Shown: positions 33,025 through 42,051, counted from the whole stretch's first letter. The stretch is DNA of 63,912 nt, filler included, from an uncultured bacterium (GCA_964637655.1; 7 parts of 7 records of this genome joined end to end with filler, not necessarily neighbours in it); one strand, 5' to 3'. Made by a program: numbers and translations. The notes: a model not told the origin generated them from the letters alone.

Positions 33025-33978
33025 GTGAAGACGCCACCGCGACTCTCTATCATCATCAGTTCGTATAATCACGGTGCGTATATCGGCCAATGCCTGCAGT
33101 CGGCCTTGGCAGTGCCTGGCGCCGAGGTCATTGCCGTCGACCGTGGATCGCAGGATGACACGCTGGCGCAGATGCGCGCCTGTCCGGGCCTGGCGAAGGT
33201 GATCTCGACCCTGGAGTATGCCGACCATCCGCAGACCCCGAACGAGGGCTATCTGCGCAACAAGGGGCTGCCGTATTCCACGGCGCCGTACGTGCTGTTT
33301 CTCGACGGTGACGATTTCCTGTATCCGGAGGCTGTAGCCCGACTGCTGGCAACGATCGAGCGCGACGCGGCGCTGGGGTTTGTCTTTGCCGATCTTGATA
33401 TCGGGGACGCGACGGGCAGGGTATTCTCGCACACGACCCGCCTGCTGCCGCTGCGCCAGCTGGAGGGGTACCTGTTCTCGTCCCTGATGGCGGAGTGCTA
33501 CTACATCATTTCCGCGGTGATATTCTCCACGGCTGCAGTGCGTGCGGTGGGCGGATTCAAGGAAACGTATCAGGGGAGCGCGGACTACGACCTGCACCTG
33601 CGGGTGAGCAGCCGCTACCCGGCGCGGCACTGCGACCTGACGGTCGGGTACTATCGCCGGCATCGTGAGGCGCTATCGCAGGATGCCGTATTCATGAAGA
33701 AGAACATGATCCTCATCATGGAGAATATCCGGCGCCACCCGCTCGAATACCAGCCCGCCGGCCTGACCCGGGCGAACTGGTGCGATCTGTACTACCAGCT
33801 GGGGAAGGCCTACGCCTACTGCGGGCGTCACGCCGAAGCGCGGCGCACGCTGCTGCGGGCAGTGCCGGCATGGCCGCGCGGCCCGCTGGCGGCATGGCAC
33901 CTGCTGCTCTCCCTGTTCAACTGCTCGATGCTCGACGTGCGCGAATGGCGGAAGCAACTGTTTCCGGCAAAGAAATGA
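33025..33978 (+). CDS. GT2 glycosyltransferase
   Basis: SIIISSYN, LRNKG, FLDGDD, ADYDL. Confidence 0.88.
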   Translation: MKTPPRLSIIISSYNHGAYIGQCLQSALAVPGAEVIAVDRGSQDDTLAQMRACPGLAKVISTLEYADHPQTPNEGYLRNKGLPYSTAPYVLFLDGDDFLYPEAVARLLATIERDAALGFVFADLDIGDATGRVFSHTTRLLPLRQLEGYLFSSLMAECYYIISAVIFSTAAVRAVGGFKETYQGSADYDLHLRVSSRYPARHCDLTVGYYRRHREALSQDAVFMKKNMILIMENIRRHPLEYQPAGLTRANWCDLYYQLGKAYAYCGRHAEARRTLLRAVPAWPRGPLAAWHLLLSLFNCSMLDVREWRKQLFPAKK

Positions 33979-34043
33979 ACGGACCGGCGCAGAAGACCCG
34001 GCGGCGCGGGTGATGAACGTGACGGTGGTGAAGGAGAGGAACC

Positions 34044-35021
34044 GTGGCTGAACAGCCGGTCATTCCGGACGCGGTTTTCTTCGAGCTGACCACAGCCTGC
34101 AACATGCGCTGTCCGTCCTGCCCGATTACCAAGGTGACGCGACGGGGGATGCTTGACTGCGCGGATATCGAGCGTTCGCTGCAGGAACTGTGCGCGCTGG
34201 GTTTTGCCGGCACGGTCAATTTCCACGTCATGGGTGAGCCGCTGCTGCACCCGGAGCATCGTGCGATATTCGCGCTGGCCCGGCGTTACGCGTCGCGTCT
34301 CGAGCTGACGACCAACGGCATCCTGCTCGATGCCGGCAAAGCGTACCTGGCGGAGTCCATCACCAGCCTGTGGGTCAGCGTGATGCACCGCGACCTGCAG
34401 CGGCGCACCGGTGCGGCGGGGAGGCAATGGTCTGAGTATGTTGCTACCCTGGCGGAATTTCTGCGGGCGCTGCCGGCTGACAGCACGATGCAGGTCATGC
34501 TGCGGATCGTCGGGAAACGCAACCTGCTGACGCGGTGCATGACGCTGGATGCTGATGGTGCGCATATTGTTGAGGAGATCGCCGTTGCGGCGGGAGTGCC
34601 GGTTACCTGGCCGGAGGGTGCCGATGCGGCGGGCACGATGCGGGTTGCGAACAACCTGCAGGTCAACCTCTACGAATTGATTAACTGGAACCTGGGACCG
34701 AAGCGGTTTCAGCCGGCTTTCGGGCAGTGCCCGATCTGGCCGCAGACGAAGCAGGTTACCGTGCTGGCGGATGGCACGGTCGGGCTGTGCTGCCTTGATT
34801 ACGCGGGCGGGACGGCAATCGGCTCAATACACAACTCGTCCTGGGCGGAACTGCTGAGCAGCGCAGCGCTGCGCGAACAGCTTGCAGGATTCGAACGCTG
34901 GCGACTGGCGCGCCCGGTATGCCGCAGCTGTCGCGGGTCGGACAGTCCGGCGCATTTCTGTCTGCGCAAGGGGAACGACCTGCTGCGCGCGGCCGGTCGG
35001 GCATGGCGGGAGCGGTCATGA
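34044..35021 (+). CDS. Radical SAM protein with SPASM/twitch domain
   Basis: CNMRCPSC, GEPLLH, TTNG; C..LCCLD..G..CRSC. Confidence 0.9.
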   Translation: MAEQPVIPDAVFFELTTACNMRCPSCPITKVTRRGMLDCADIERSLQELCALGFAGTVNFHVMGEPLLHPEHRAIFALARRYASRLELTTNGILLDAGKAYLAESITSLWVSVMHRDLQRRTGAAGRQWSEYVATLAEFLRALPADSTMQVMLRIVGKRNLLTRCMTLDADGAHIVEEIAVAAGVPVTWPEGADAAGTMRVANNLQVNLYELINWNLGPKRFQPAFGQCPIWPQTKQVTVLADGTVGLCCLDYAGGTAIGSIHNSSWAELLSSAALREQLAGFERWRLARPVCRSCRGSDSPAHFCLRKGNDLLRAAGRAWRERS

Positions 35022-36136
35022 CGCTGCGCGTGGGGGTGGCGGTCGACTGCCCGGCAGAGGGCTTGTCCGGGATCGGCGTATACGGGCGTGAGCTGATTCG
35101 CGGCCTGGCCGCGGAGACGTCCTGCGCGCTGACGGTTTTTTCCGGCATGAACTGGCACACTATGGCGGGCACGATGCCCGAGGTGCGCATGCTGACGCTG
35201 CCGCGCTGGCCGCTGCCGACGACGGTGCGCAAGTCGCTGTACTTCGCGACGCATCAGGTCGAGTGCGATATCGTGCACGAAACGGTGCAGATGGGGTTTT
35301 TGCTGCCGACCCGCACGCCGTTCAGGAAAGTGGTGACGGTATTCGATATTGCGCCGCTGCGGCTGCCGCGGCTGTATGCGCCCCATAAGGCGCTGCTCTA
35401 TCGCGCCGCCATGCGCCGCTCGCTGCTTCGGGCCGATGCCGTGCTGACGGACAGCGCGCATTGCCGCGACGACATCCGCGCCGCGTACGGATTTGACAGC
35501 ACGTTCATGGACAAATTTACCGTGACGCCGCTGGCGGCGGACGGGCGATTCAGCCCGGGGAACGCCGACCCGGCGGTGGTGTCGCGTTACGGCATGGACC
35601 AGCCGACATTTCTCTTTGTCGGGATGCTGTCGCCGCACAAGAACCTCGGGCGGGTGTTGGAGGCTTTCGCTGTCGTGCGCGACAGCCAGCCGCATGCACG
35701 CCTGCTGGTGGTGGGCAAGCGCGGCTGGCAATGCGCTGCACTGGTGCGGCGCATGCAGGCGCTGGCGCCGTCCGTGCAGTGGGCCGGGTATGTGCCGGAC
35801 AACGATCTGCCGCACCTGTACCGCGCGGCGATTGCGCTGGTCTTCCCGTCGCTGTACGAGGGGTTCGGCCTGCCCGTCCTGGAGGCGCAGGCCTGCGGCT
35901 GCCCGGTGATCACCAGCCGCGGCCTGGCGACGGAAGAGACGGCGGGCGGCGCGGCGGCGCTGGTCGATCCGCATGCGACCGGGGAACTCAGCGATGCCAT
36001 GCGTCGGGTGGTGTCCGATAGGGGCTGGCGCGCTGATCTGGCCGCGCGCGGCCAGGCCAACGCGGCGCGGTACACGTGGGCGAAGACCGTCGCGTCGACG
36101 CTGGCGGCATACCGGGCCGTTGCGGGACGCGGCTGA
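35018..36136 (+). CDS. GT4 glycosyltransferase
   Basis: HKNL, FPSLYEGFGLPVLEAQACG. Confidence 0.92.
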   Translation: MTLRVGVAVDCPAEGLSGIGVYGRELIRGLAAETSCALTVFSGMNWHTMAGTMPEVRMLTLPRWPLPTTVRKSLYFATHQVECDIVHETVQMGFLLPTRTPFRKVVTVFDIAPLRLPRLYAPHKALLYRAAMRRSLLRADAVLTDSAHCRDDIRAAYGFDSTFMDKFTVTPLAADGRFSPGNADPAVVSRYGMDQPTFLFVGMLSPHKNLGRVLEAFAVVRDSQPHARLLVVGKRGWQCAALVRRMQALAPSVQWAGYVPDNDLPHLYRAAIALVFPSLYEGFGLPVLEAQACGCPVITSRGLATEETAGGAAALVDPHATGELSDAMRRVVSDRGWRADLAARGQANAARYTWAKTVASTLAAYRAVAGRG

Positions 36137-36159
36137 GACGGGAGCACGGACAGTTCACC

Positions 36160-36777
36160 ATGATCTTCAACAGCCTCGAGTTCCTCCAGCTCTTTGTCGT
36201 GGTGCTGATCGCCTATTTCGGGCTGCCGCTGCTGCCGCTCAAGCGGTCGTGGGAGTGGCGCAAGCTCTTGCTGCTTTTCGCCAGCTACTATTTTTACATG
36301 GCGTGGAACCCGCCGCTGGTGGGCCTGCTGATCGCGTCGACAGTGATGGACTACATTGCCGGCCTGCGCATGGCGGCTTCCGACAATCCGCGCCACCGGC
36401 GCCTGTGGCTGCTGGTCAGCATGTCGGGGAACCTCGGCATGCTGGGGTTCTTCAAGTACGGCAATTTTATCATGGGTAATATCGGGGCGGTCACCGGGCA
36501 GCAGTACAGCACGCTCGACATCATTCTGCCGGTGGGCATTTCCTTCTACACCTTCCAGACCATGAGCTACGTGCTGGATATTTACCGGGAGCGCAAGCAA
36601 CCGGTGCGGAGCTTCCTGGATTTCGCCCTGTTCGTCACCTTTTTCCCGCAGCTGGTGGCCGGCCCCATCATCCGGGCGTTCGATTTCCTGCCCCAACTCC
36701 CCACCGCCCGTCGGGTGACGCCCTGGCACATCCAGTGCGGCCTGTCGTAAATCTTCGGCGGATTGGCCAAGAAGGTG
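36160..36777 (+). pseudogene. MBOAT (AlgI-like) O-acyltransferase with an in-frame TAA at 36748-36750, truncated by the contig end
   Basis: LPVGISFYTFQ, FFPQLVAGPI; conserved IFGGLAKKV continues past the TAA. Confidence 0.8.
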
Positions 36778-36877
36778 NNNNNNNNNNNNNNNNNNNNNNN
36801 NNNNNNNNNNNNNNNNNNNNNTTAATTAATTAANNNNNNNNNNNNNNNNNNNNNNNNNNNNNNNNNNNNNNNNNNNN
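36778..36877. other. Artificial contig linker
   Basis: N/TTAATTAATTAA/N. Confidence 0.98.
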
Positions 36878-37360
36878 CAGGCGGATGATGATGCGCCCGG
36901 CGCGGCCGGCTCCGTCGCGGGCGCAGCGCGCGGCGATGGCCGCGCAGGCATGGTGCAGCAGGTAGATGACCATCTGGCGCAGGCGCAGCGGGTGACCGGA
37001 GACGCGGACCTCACGGGCCAGCGCCATGTCCATGTCGGTAGCGATGCCCCGGGCCGAGCAGTGCGGGGCCATGAGCAGGCAGGCGGCATCGACGATATCC
37101 GCCAGGCAGACCGCCTGCGGCGGTTCCTCCACCGCGCTCCGCGCGCTGCCGACAATCTCCTGCAGATGCGCCTGCTGCCGGGCCAGCGTGTCGAGCAGCC
37201 CGCGCAGCGCCGCATCCGCCTGCACCGACGGCTGCTGCTGCGCCGCCAGCAGCGTCGTCTGCATCACCGCCAGCGGCTGGTCGAAGGCCTGCAGCAGCTG
37301 CACCAGGCGCTGACGCTCATGGGTGATGCCGGCCGCCAGCGAGCGGGAAAAGATGTTCAC
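36878..37360 (-). CDS. Sensor-less, degenerate histidine-kinase-like protein (3' truncated)
   Basis: LAAGITHE H-box; LRQMVIYLLHHA is a degenerate N-box; GRIIIR; GTGA overlap with the CARF gene. Confidence 0.62.
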
Positions 37361-38418
37361 CGTTTTCCTCCCGCGCGCAGGCGGAGCTGCCGGGGCGGCA
37401 GTGCCAGCCCGTAGCAGCGGCGGCCATGCGTTCCCGTCGAAACGATGCGTGCCGGCGACTGCGTCGTGCCGGAGAGCAGGGCCAGTTTGCGGTTGATGCG
37501 CGAGATGTGCTCCCGCACCAGCGCGCTGCTGAAAACAAACCGCTTGAGCGGGAAGAGCTGCCGCCCGAGCGCGGCAAGCGCGACGTGGCCGGCAATTTCC
37601 TGTACCCGCAGCGGGTGCTGCCGGCGCTGCTGCGCAAAGAACGCGTACAGGGTGAGTTCCTTGGGCGTGAACGGGATAATCTTCCCCTCGAGCAGAGCGA
37701 GACGGCGTGCCAGGTCGATTTCGAGACGAATCCCCGTCGCGGCCTGCGCGAGGTCATGCAGCGTGCGGCTGGCCGCCACCGCGTTGTCAAAATCAGCGCC
37801 CACCGGCCGCCCGCTCCCCGTCAGCATGCCATTGAGGCGTACGTAGGGAATGGTCACCGCCGTCAACTGCGCACAGGCCTCCTCCGGGGTCAGAATGCGG
37901 CAGTCGCCGTCCTCGAGTGCGCGCGGCAGCACCAGCTGGAAAACCTCGTCATGGTCGCCATACTGCATCGCCGCCTGCACCTGCAGCAGCGAGAGGAGTT
38001 TTCGTCCGCCGGCGAGGCAGACATACACGCGTTCGCCGCGCTGCTTGCAGTCGCGGAAAGCGCGGAACACCGCGCGCTGCGCCAGTTCGAGCGTGTGCGC
38101 CGTGTCGATATCGGTGGCGGTCGCGGCCCCGTCGCGGATCTGGTTGATGACCAGCCGCGGCGCGCGACAGCCGTAGAGACGCGCCCAGCGCGCAAGTTCG
38201 CGCCGCCGCCGGAGGCGCTGCAGCGTTGCACGCCCCTGCGCGGTCTTGGTGATGACCACGCGGTCGAACAGCACAGGCGGCTGCACACAGGCGGCGTAGT
38301 AGCTGAGTGCCGCGGTGAGCGTATTCACTTGTCTGCCCAGGGCCAGCAACAGTACGGCGCGTTGCGAAACAGCCGGTCGTCTGCCGGCTGCTCCCTGTTT
38401 CGCGCTATCGGTTTTCAT
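37357..38418 (-). CDS. CARF domain protein of NE0113/ring-nuclease type with C-terminal winged HTH
   Basis: DRVVIT, DIDT, VYVCLAGGRKLLS, IPYVRL; tail LEIDL..FTPKELTLYAFF..HISRINRKL..YGL. Confidence 0.82.
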   Translation of the reverse strand: MKTDSAKQGAAGRRPAVSQRAVLLLALGRQVNTLTAALSYYAACVQPPVLFDRVVITKTAQGRATLQRLRRRRELARWARLYGCRAPRLVINQIRDGAATATDIDTAHTLELAQRAVFRAFRDCKQRGERVYVCLAGGRKLLSLLQVQAAMQYGDHDEVFQLVLPRALEDGDCRILTPEEACAQLTAVTIPYVRLNGMLTGSGRPVGADFDNAVAASRTLHDLAQAATGIRLEIDLARRLALLEGKIIPFTPKELTLYAFFAQQRRQHPLRVQEIAGHVALAALGRQLFPLKRFVFSSALVREHISRINRKLALLSGTTQSPARIVSTGTHGRRCYGLALPPRQLRLRAGGKR

Positions 38419-38424
38419 GCTGAA

Positions 38425-38491
38425 ATGGTAACTGAGCTCCTCAGCAAATGCAAATTTCACAATATTGTGACGGTGTGTAACCTAAGTTACA
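38425..38491 (-). promoter_or_regulatory. Leaderless sigma70 promoter with two upstream palindromic operator candidates
   Basis: TTGCAT-17-TACCAT-6-ATG; TCACAATATTGTGA (38457-38470) and TGTAAC-N4-GTTACA (38476-38491). Confidence 0.7.
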
Positions 38492-38522
38492 TTCGACATA
38501 TCATCAGGCATGACAGGGCATT

Positions 38523-38554
38523 AAAAGCGCAGGGCGGCATATCCCGCCCTGCGC
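38523..38554 (-). terminator. Intrinsic terminator downstream of the AraC gene
   Basis: GCGCAGGGCGG-6-CCGCCCTGCGC followed by TTTT on the minus strand. Confidence 0.75.
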
Positions 38555-38566
38555 GCTACCGGTTGG

Positions 38567-39538
38567 CTACAGCGGTTTGACCGGAATGCAGATATCCATG
38601 ACGAAGATCGGGTTGCCCTCTGTATCCTGCTGCGTGCCGCATTCCGGCGCGTACTGCTCGTAGCCGGGCCCGTCGGCACACTGCCAGCCGCTTTGCGGGA
38701 ACCATTCGGCAAAGAGCCAGTGATACGCATCCTTGATCTGCGCGGGGGTGCAAGTGACGCGGCAGACGGCATACTGCCCGCCCTTGAGTTCCTGGATGCT
38801 GATCTCCCCTTCGGGTTTCACGTCCGGCCCGACGGTGACCCCCGCATCGTAGCGGAGTTTCGCTGACGGGGTGATTTCCGGATCGTCATGCGAGATGCCC
38901 AGCGTCTGCCCGCTCTGCAACAGGCCGCGCGGCCCCGCCCAGCGGCAGAGCCGGTCCCACACCCTGCTGATACTGCTGTGCTCATACGGCCCGATATGCC
39001 GCAGGTACGCCACGCGATACCCGGGCAATTCCTTCACTGCGACGTCCCCCTTCACCTGCTGTTGTGCCATGTTCTGCTTCCCCTTTCTGATGGTTGCGCC
39101 GGCGTCTGCCGTGCTGCTCCCATCATAGCGCGGGGAAGGCGCAGATGCTTTGCGCTCCTTGCGCTCCGCTTTGCACTCCTTGCGCTCCGTTTTGCCATTA
39201 TTGCGCCAGGCGGTGGCCGACACGCCGAAGTGGCGGCGGAATTCGCGGGCGAAGACCGCCGACGAGGAAAAGCCGCAGTCGAGGGCGATGGCGGTGATGC
39301 TCGCGTCGCGGTTGGCGCGGAGTTTCCCCGCGGCGCGTTCGAGACGCAGGCGGCGGATGCAGGCGAAGAGTGATTCATCCATCAGTTCAGCAAAAAGACG
39401 TGAGAAGTGGCAGGGCGAGAAGGCGGCTACCTTCGCCAGTTCGTCAAGCGTGAAAGTGCGGTCAGGATGCGCACTGATGTAGTCGAGCACGCGGTTGATG
39501 CGCCCGGTATACTCGCGCCGCGCCGCCTGCGGATTCAT
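38567..39538 (-). CDS. AraC family regulator with GyrI-like effector domain
   Basis: RINRVLDYI, FSPCHFSRLF, IALDCGFSS; VAYLRHIGPY, DDPEIT, LRYDAG. Confidence 0.92.
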   Translation of the reverse strand: MNPQAARREYTGRINRVLDYISAHPDRTFTLDELAKVAAFSPCHFSRLFAELMDESLFACIRRLRLERAAGKLRANRDASITAIALDCGFSSSAVFAREFRRHFGVSATAWRNNGKTERKECKAERKERKASAPSPRYDGSSTADAGATIRKGKQNMAQQQVKGDVAVKELPGYRVAYLRHIGPYEHSSISRVWDRLCRWAGPRGLLQSGQTLGISHDDPEITPSAKLRYDAGVTVGPDVKPEGEISIQELKGGQYAVCRVTCTPAQIKDAYHWLFAEWFPQSGWQCADGPGYEQYAPECGTQQDTEGNPIFVMDICIPVKPL

Positions 39539-39942
39539 GGCTCACCATGGCGGCGCAGGAAAATGACGTAGGCGCGGTCCTTGCGCTCGATATGCTGCAG
39601 CAGCCAGTCACGCAGATACTGCAGCAGGGTGACCCCCATGACGGGGCGGTTGTGCTGCCAGTCGTCCTGCCGTGCCGCGAGGTAGGCACTGAACGCCGCA
39701 TGTTCCTGCTCCTGCGCGACGAGCGCGGGATAGCCGTGGCGGCGCAGCAGTTCCTCTTCCGCGGCGAAGTGGCTGCGCGCGTACTCCTGCAGCCGCGTCA
39801 GCACCGTCGTCAGCACGCTCTGGCTGTCGCCCGCGGTCAGCGCCGCGTGCAGGTCGTTGATGATGGTGCCGAGCTGCCGGTGCTGCGCATCCATCGCCGC
39901 GATACCGATATCCCAGCCGTCCTGCCAGTCGAGATACGCCAT
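39535..39942 (-). CDS. Bacteriohemerythrin
   Basis: IGIAAMDAQHRQL, HFAAEE, EH..F, WLLQHI..D. Confidence 0.92.
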   Translation of the reverse strand: MAYLDWQDGWDIGIAAMDAQHRQLGTIINDLHAALTAGDSQSVLTTVLTRLQEYARSHFAAEEELLRRHGYPALVAQEQEHAAFSAYLAARQDDWQHNRPVMGVTLLQYLRDWLLQHIERKDRAYVIFLRRHGEP

Positions 39943-39943
39943 C

Positions 39944-40324
39944 TCAGCCGCACCCGTCGAAAAACATGCCTTCGCCCTTGTCGATATGGTCGAGCCAGCG
40001 CTGCAGGTCGTCATGGGTGATGTTCTTCTGCTGCAGGTCGGCGATCTTCCCGTCAGGCCCGAGCCGGACGAGGTCGATAATCAGTTCGTTCCCTTCGCGG
40101 TGGACACAGAAGCGGTAGGGTGAGCCGGCGGCGACGAGACGGCGATGCGCGTTGGCCAGCGCGGCGGTCAGTTCGGCGAAATGGTCGCCCGCCAGTTCCG
40201 GGGCGCTTTGCGGCGGCGTGTAGCGCCGCTGGCCGCCACCTTCGCGGTCGCCGGGGCGCTCCACCGCCGCCGGCGCCCCGATGTTCTCCACGCGCATGCG
40301 GCGCGGGTCGAAATTTTCGTCCAT
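39944..40324 (-). CDS. Hypothetical protein (possibly FlaG-like C-terminus)
   Basis: Coupled within the operon (TGATG overlap); 126 aa. Confidence 0.6.
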   Translation of the reverse strand: MDENFDPRRMRVENIGAPAAVERPGDREGGGQRRYTPPQSAPELAGDHFAELTAALANAHRRLVAAGSPYRFCVHREGNELIIDLVRLGPDGKIADLQQKNITHDDLQRWLDHIDKGEGMFFDGCG

Positions 40325-40752
40325 CAGAGCGGCATGCCGAAGAGCCAGCAGTCCTCGCCCCCCCACTGCTGCCGGAGACGGAATTCTTCGGTGAACCCCG
40401 CGGCGCGGTAGAACCCCTCGGCACGATAGCGGGTCAGTCACCAGCACCAGAGGTTCTTCGCGCCATGCTCGCCCGCCCAGGCGCGGGCGAACGAACCGAG
40501 GGCGGGCCCCGTCCCGGGCCGGCGCGAGACGACGGTGAGAATCTCGCAGGATGCTTCACGCAGGTCGAGCGCGATGAGCCCGGCAGGCACCCCCGCGCTG
40601 AGCGCGAGGAAGTATTTCCCGGCACGCACCCACTCGTCAACTTCCGCCTCGATGGCGTAGGTGAACTGCGGGGTGTCGAGCGCGCGCAGCAGTTCGCAGA
40701 GCACGGGAATATGCTCCGCGGCAGCGGGGATAATGGTCAGCGGCGCACTCAC
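40324..40752 (-). pseudogene. GNAT acetyltransferase with an internal in-frame TGA (40438-40440)
   Basis: RRPGTGPAL..KNLWCW*LTRYRAEGFYRAAGF..; both ends overlap neighbouring start/stop codons. Confidence 0.75.
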
Positions 40753-41969
40753 AACACGCACCTCCGGATGCGCGCGGCCAGTCCACCCGTCGCCGTCTCG
40801 CGGTACTTGCTCTGCAGATCGTGACCTGTCTGCGCGAGTACCGCCACCGCATCATCGAAGGAAACACAATGCCGCCCGTCGGAAAGCATCGCGTAGACCG
40901 CGCAGTCGAGTGCGCGCGAGGCAGCCATGGCGTTGCGCTCGATGCAGGGAATCTGCACATAGCCGCCGACCGGGTCGCAGGTCAGCCCGAGATGGTGCTC
41001 CAGCCCCATCTCCGCCGCGTATTCCACCTGCGACGGCGAGCCGCCGAGCAGTTGCGTCGCCGCGGCTGCCGCCATGGCGCAGGCGCTGCCGACTTCACCC
41101 TGACAACCGACCTCGGCCCCGGAAATGGAGGCGTTGTGCTTGATGAGGTTGCCGATGAGTCCGGCGGTAGCCAGCGCGCGCGTGATCTTAGCCGTCGAGA
41201 AACGGTAGTCTTCCTGCAGCAGTTTGAGCACCGCTGGCAGCACCCCGGCGGCGCCGCACGTCGGGGCGGTGACGACCTCGCCGCCGGCCGCATTCTCCTC
41301 GGAGACCGCCAGCGCATAGGCAAAGCGCAGTGCGATGCGCGTGGTCGCTCCGTCCGACTGCCGTGCTTTCATGTAGTAGTCAGAGGCCTTGCGCTGCAGG
41401 CGCAGGTCGCCCGGGAGCAGTCCTTCCGCTTCGAGCCCGCGTTCGAGACAGCGGCGCATGGCACGCCAGATGTCAGCCAGGAATTCCTCGAGCCCTTCGC
41501 CTTCATGCTGCGCCACGTATTCCCAGAGCGTCTGCCCCGAGTCCTGCAGCGCCGTGAGAATGGCCTTCATCGAGGTGTGCGGGTAGACCGGGGCGGGAAC
41601 GGGCAGGGTGCCGTCATCGTCGCGCAGCGCTCCGCCGCCGGGCGAATAGACGGTCCAGCTGCCGAGGTCGGTGCCGGCGTCAGCGTGCGCGGCAAAGCGC
41701 ATGCCGTTGGGATGCCCGGGCAGCGCTTCACCCGGATGCCAGCGCACGTCACACGGCAGCGGGGCGAGGGCGCCGCTGAGGGCACGGTCGGTGAGATGCC
41801 CGCGCCCGGTGAGCGCCAGCGACCCGAAGAGGTCGACGGTGAAGCGCGCCGCCTGCGGGTGGCGCGCGCGGAAGATGGCAGCGGCGCGCGACGGGCCGAT
41901 GGTATGGCTCGACGAGGGGCCCACCCCGATGCGGTACAGTTCGCGCAGTGAGTGCATGCCCTGTTCCAT
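40749..41969 (-). CDS. sdaA: L-serine dehydratase (Fe-S, single chain)
   Basis: IGVGPSSSHTIGP, GSLALTGRGHLTD, VVTAPTCGAAG, SISGAEVGCQGEVG, LGLTCDPV..VQIPCIERN. Confidence 0.95.
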   Translation of the reverse strand: MEQGMHSLRELYRIGVGPSSSHTIGPSRAAAIFRARHPQAARFTVDLFGSLALTGRGHLTDRALSGALAPLPCDVRWHPGEALPGHPNGMRFAAHADAGTDLGSWTVYSPGGGALRDDDGTLPVPAPVYPHTSMKAILTALQDSGQTLWEYVAQHEGEGLEEFLADIWRAMRRCLERGLEAEGLLPGDLRLQRKASDYYMKARQSDGATTRIALRFAYALAVSEENAAGGEVVTAPTCGAAGVLPAVLKLLQEDYRFSTAKITRALATAGLIGNLIKHNASISGAEVGCQGEVGSACAMAAAAATQLLGGSPSQVEYAAEMGLEHHLGLTCDPVGGYVQIPCIERNAMAASRALDCAVYAMLSDGRHCVSFDDAVAVLAQTGHDLQSKYRETATGGLAARIRRCVL

Positions 41970-41976
41970 GCCGCCG

Positions 41977-42042
41977 ATTATCGGCTATCCGCGCAGTTCT
42001 GTCAAACGCCTGCTTGACCTGTTCCTCTGCCGGTGGTATCAT
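41977..42042. promoter_or_regulatory. Back-to-back sigma70 promoters (sdaA operon and TA operon)
   Basis: Minus strand: TTGACA-17-GATAAT-7-ATG; plus strand: TTGACC-17-TATCAT. Confidence 0.72.
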
Positions 42043-42051
42043 CGCCCCAGG

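Noticed and set aside
26455-35021. Asparagine synthase as lasso cyclase or radical SAM as maturase for the 22455 peptide
   Set aside because: They lie on a different contig across an artificial linker and sit inside a polysaccharide cluster
40438-40440. Genome-wide TGA reassignment (code 4/25)
   Set aside because: Many genes end at TGA exactly where family homology ends, with ATGA/TGATG overlaps
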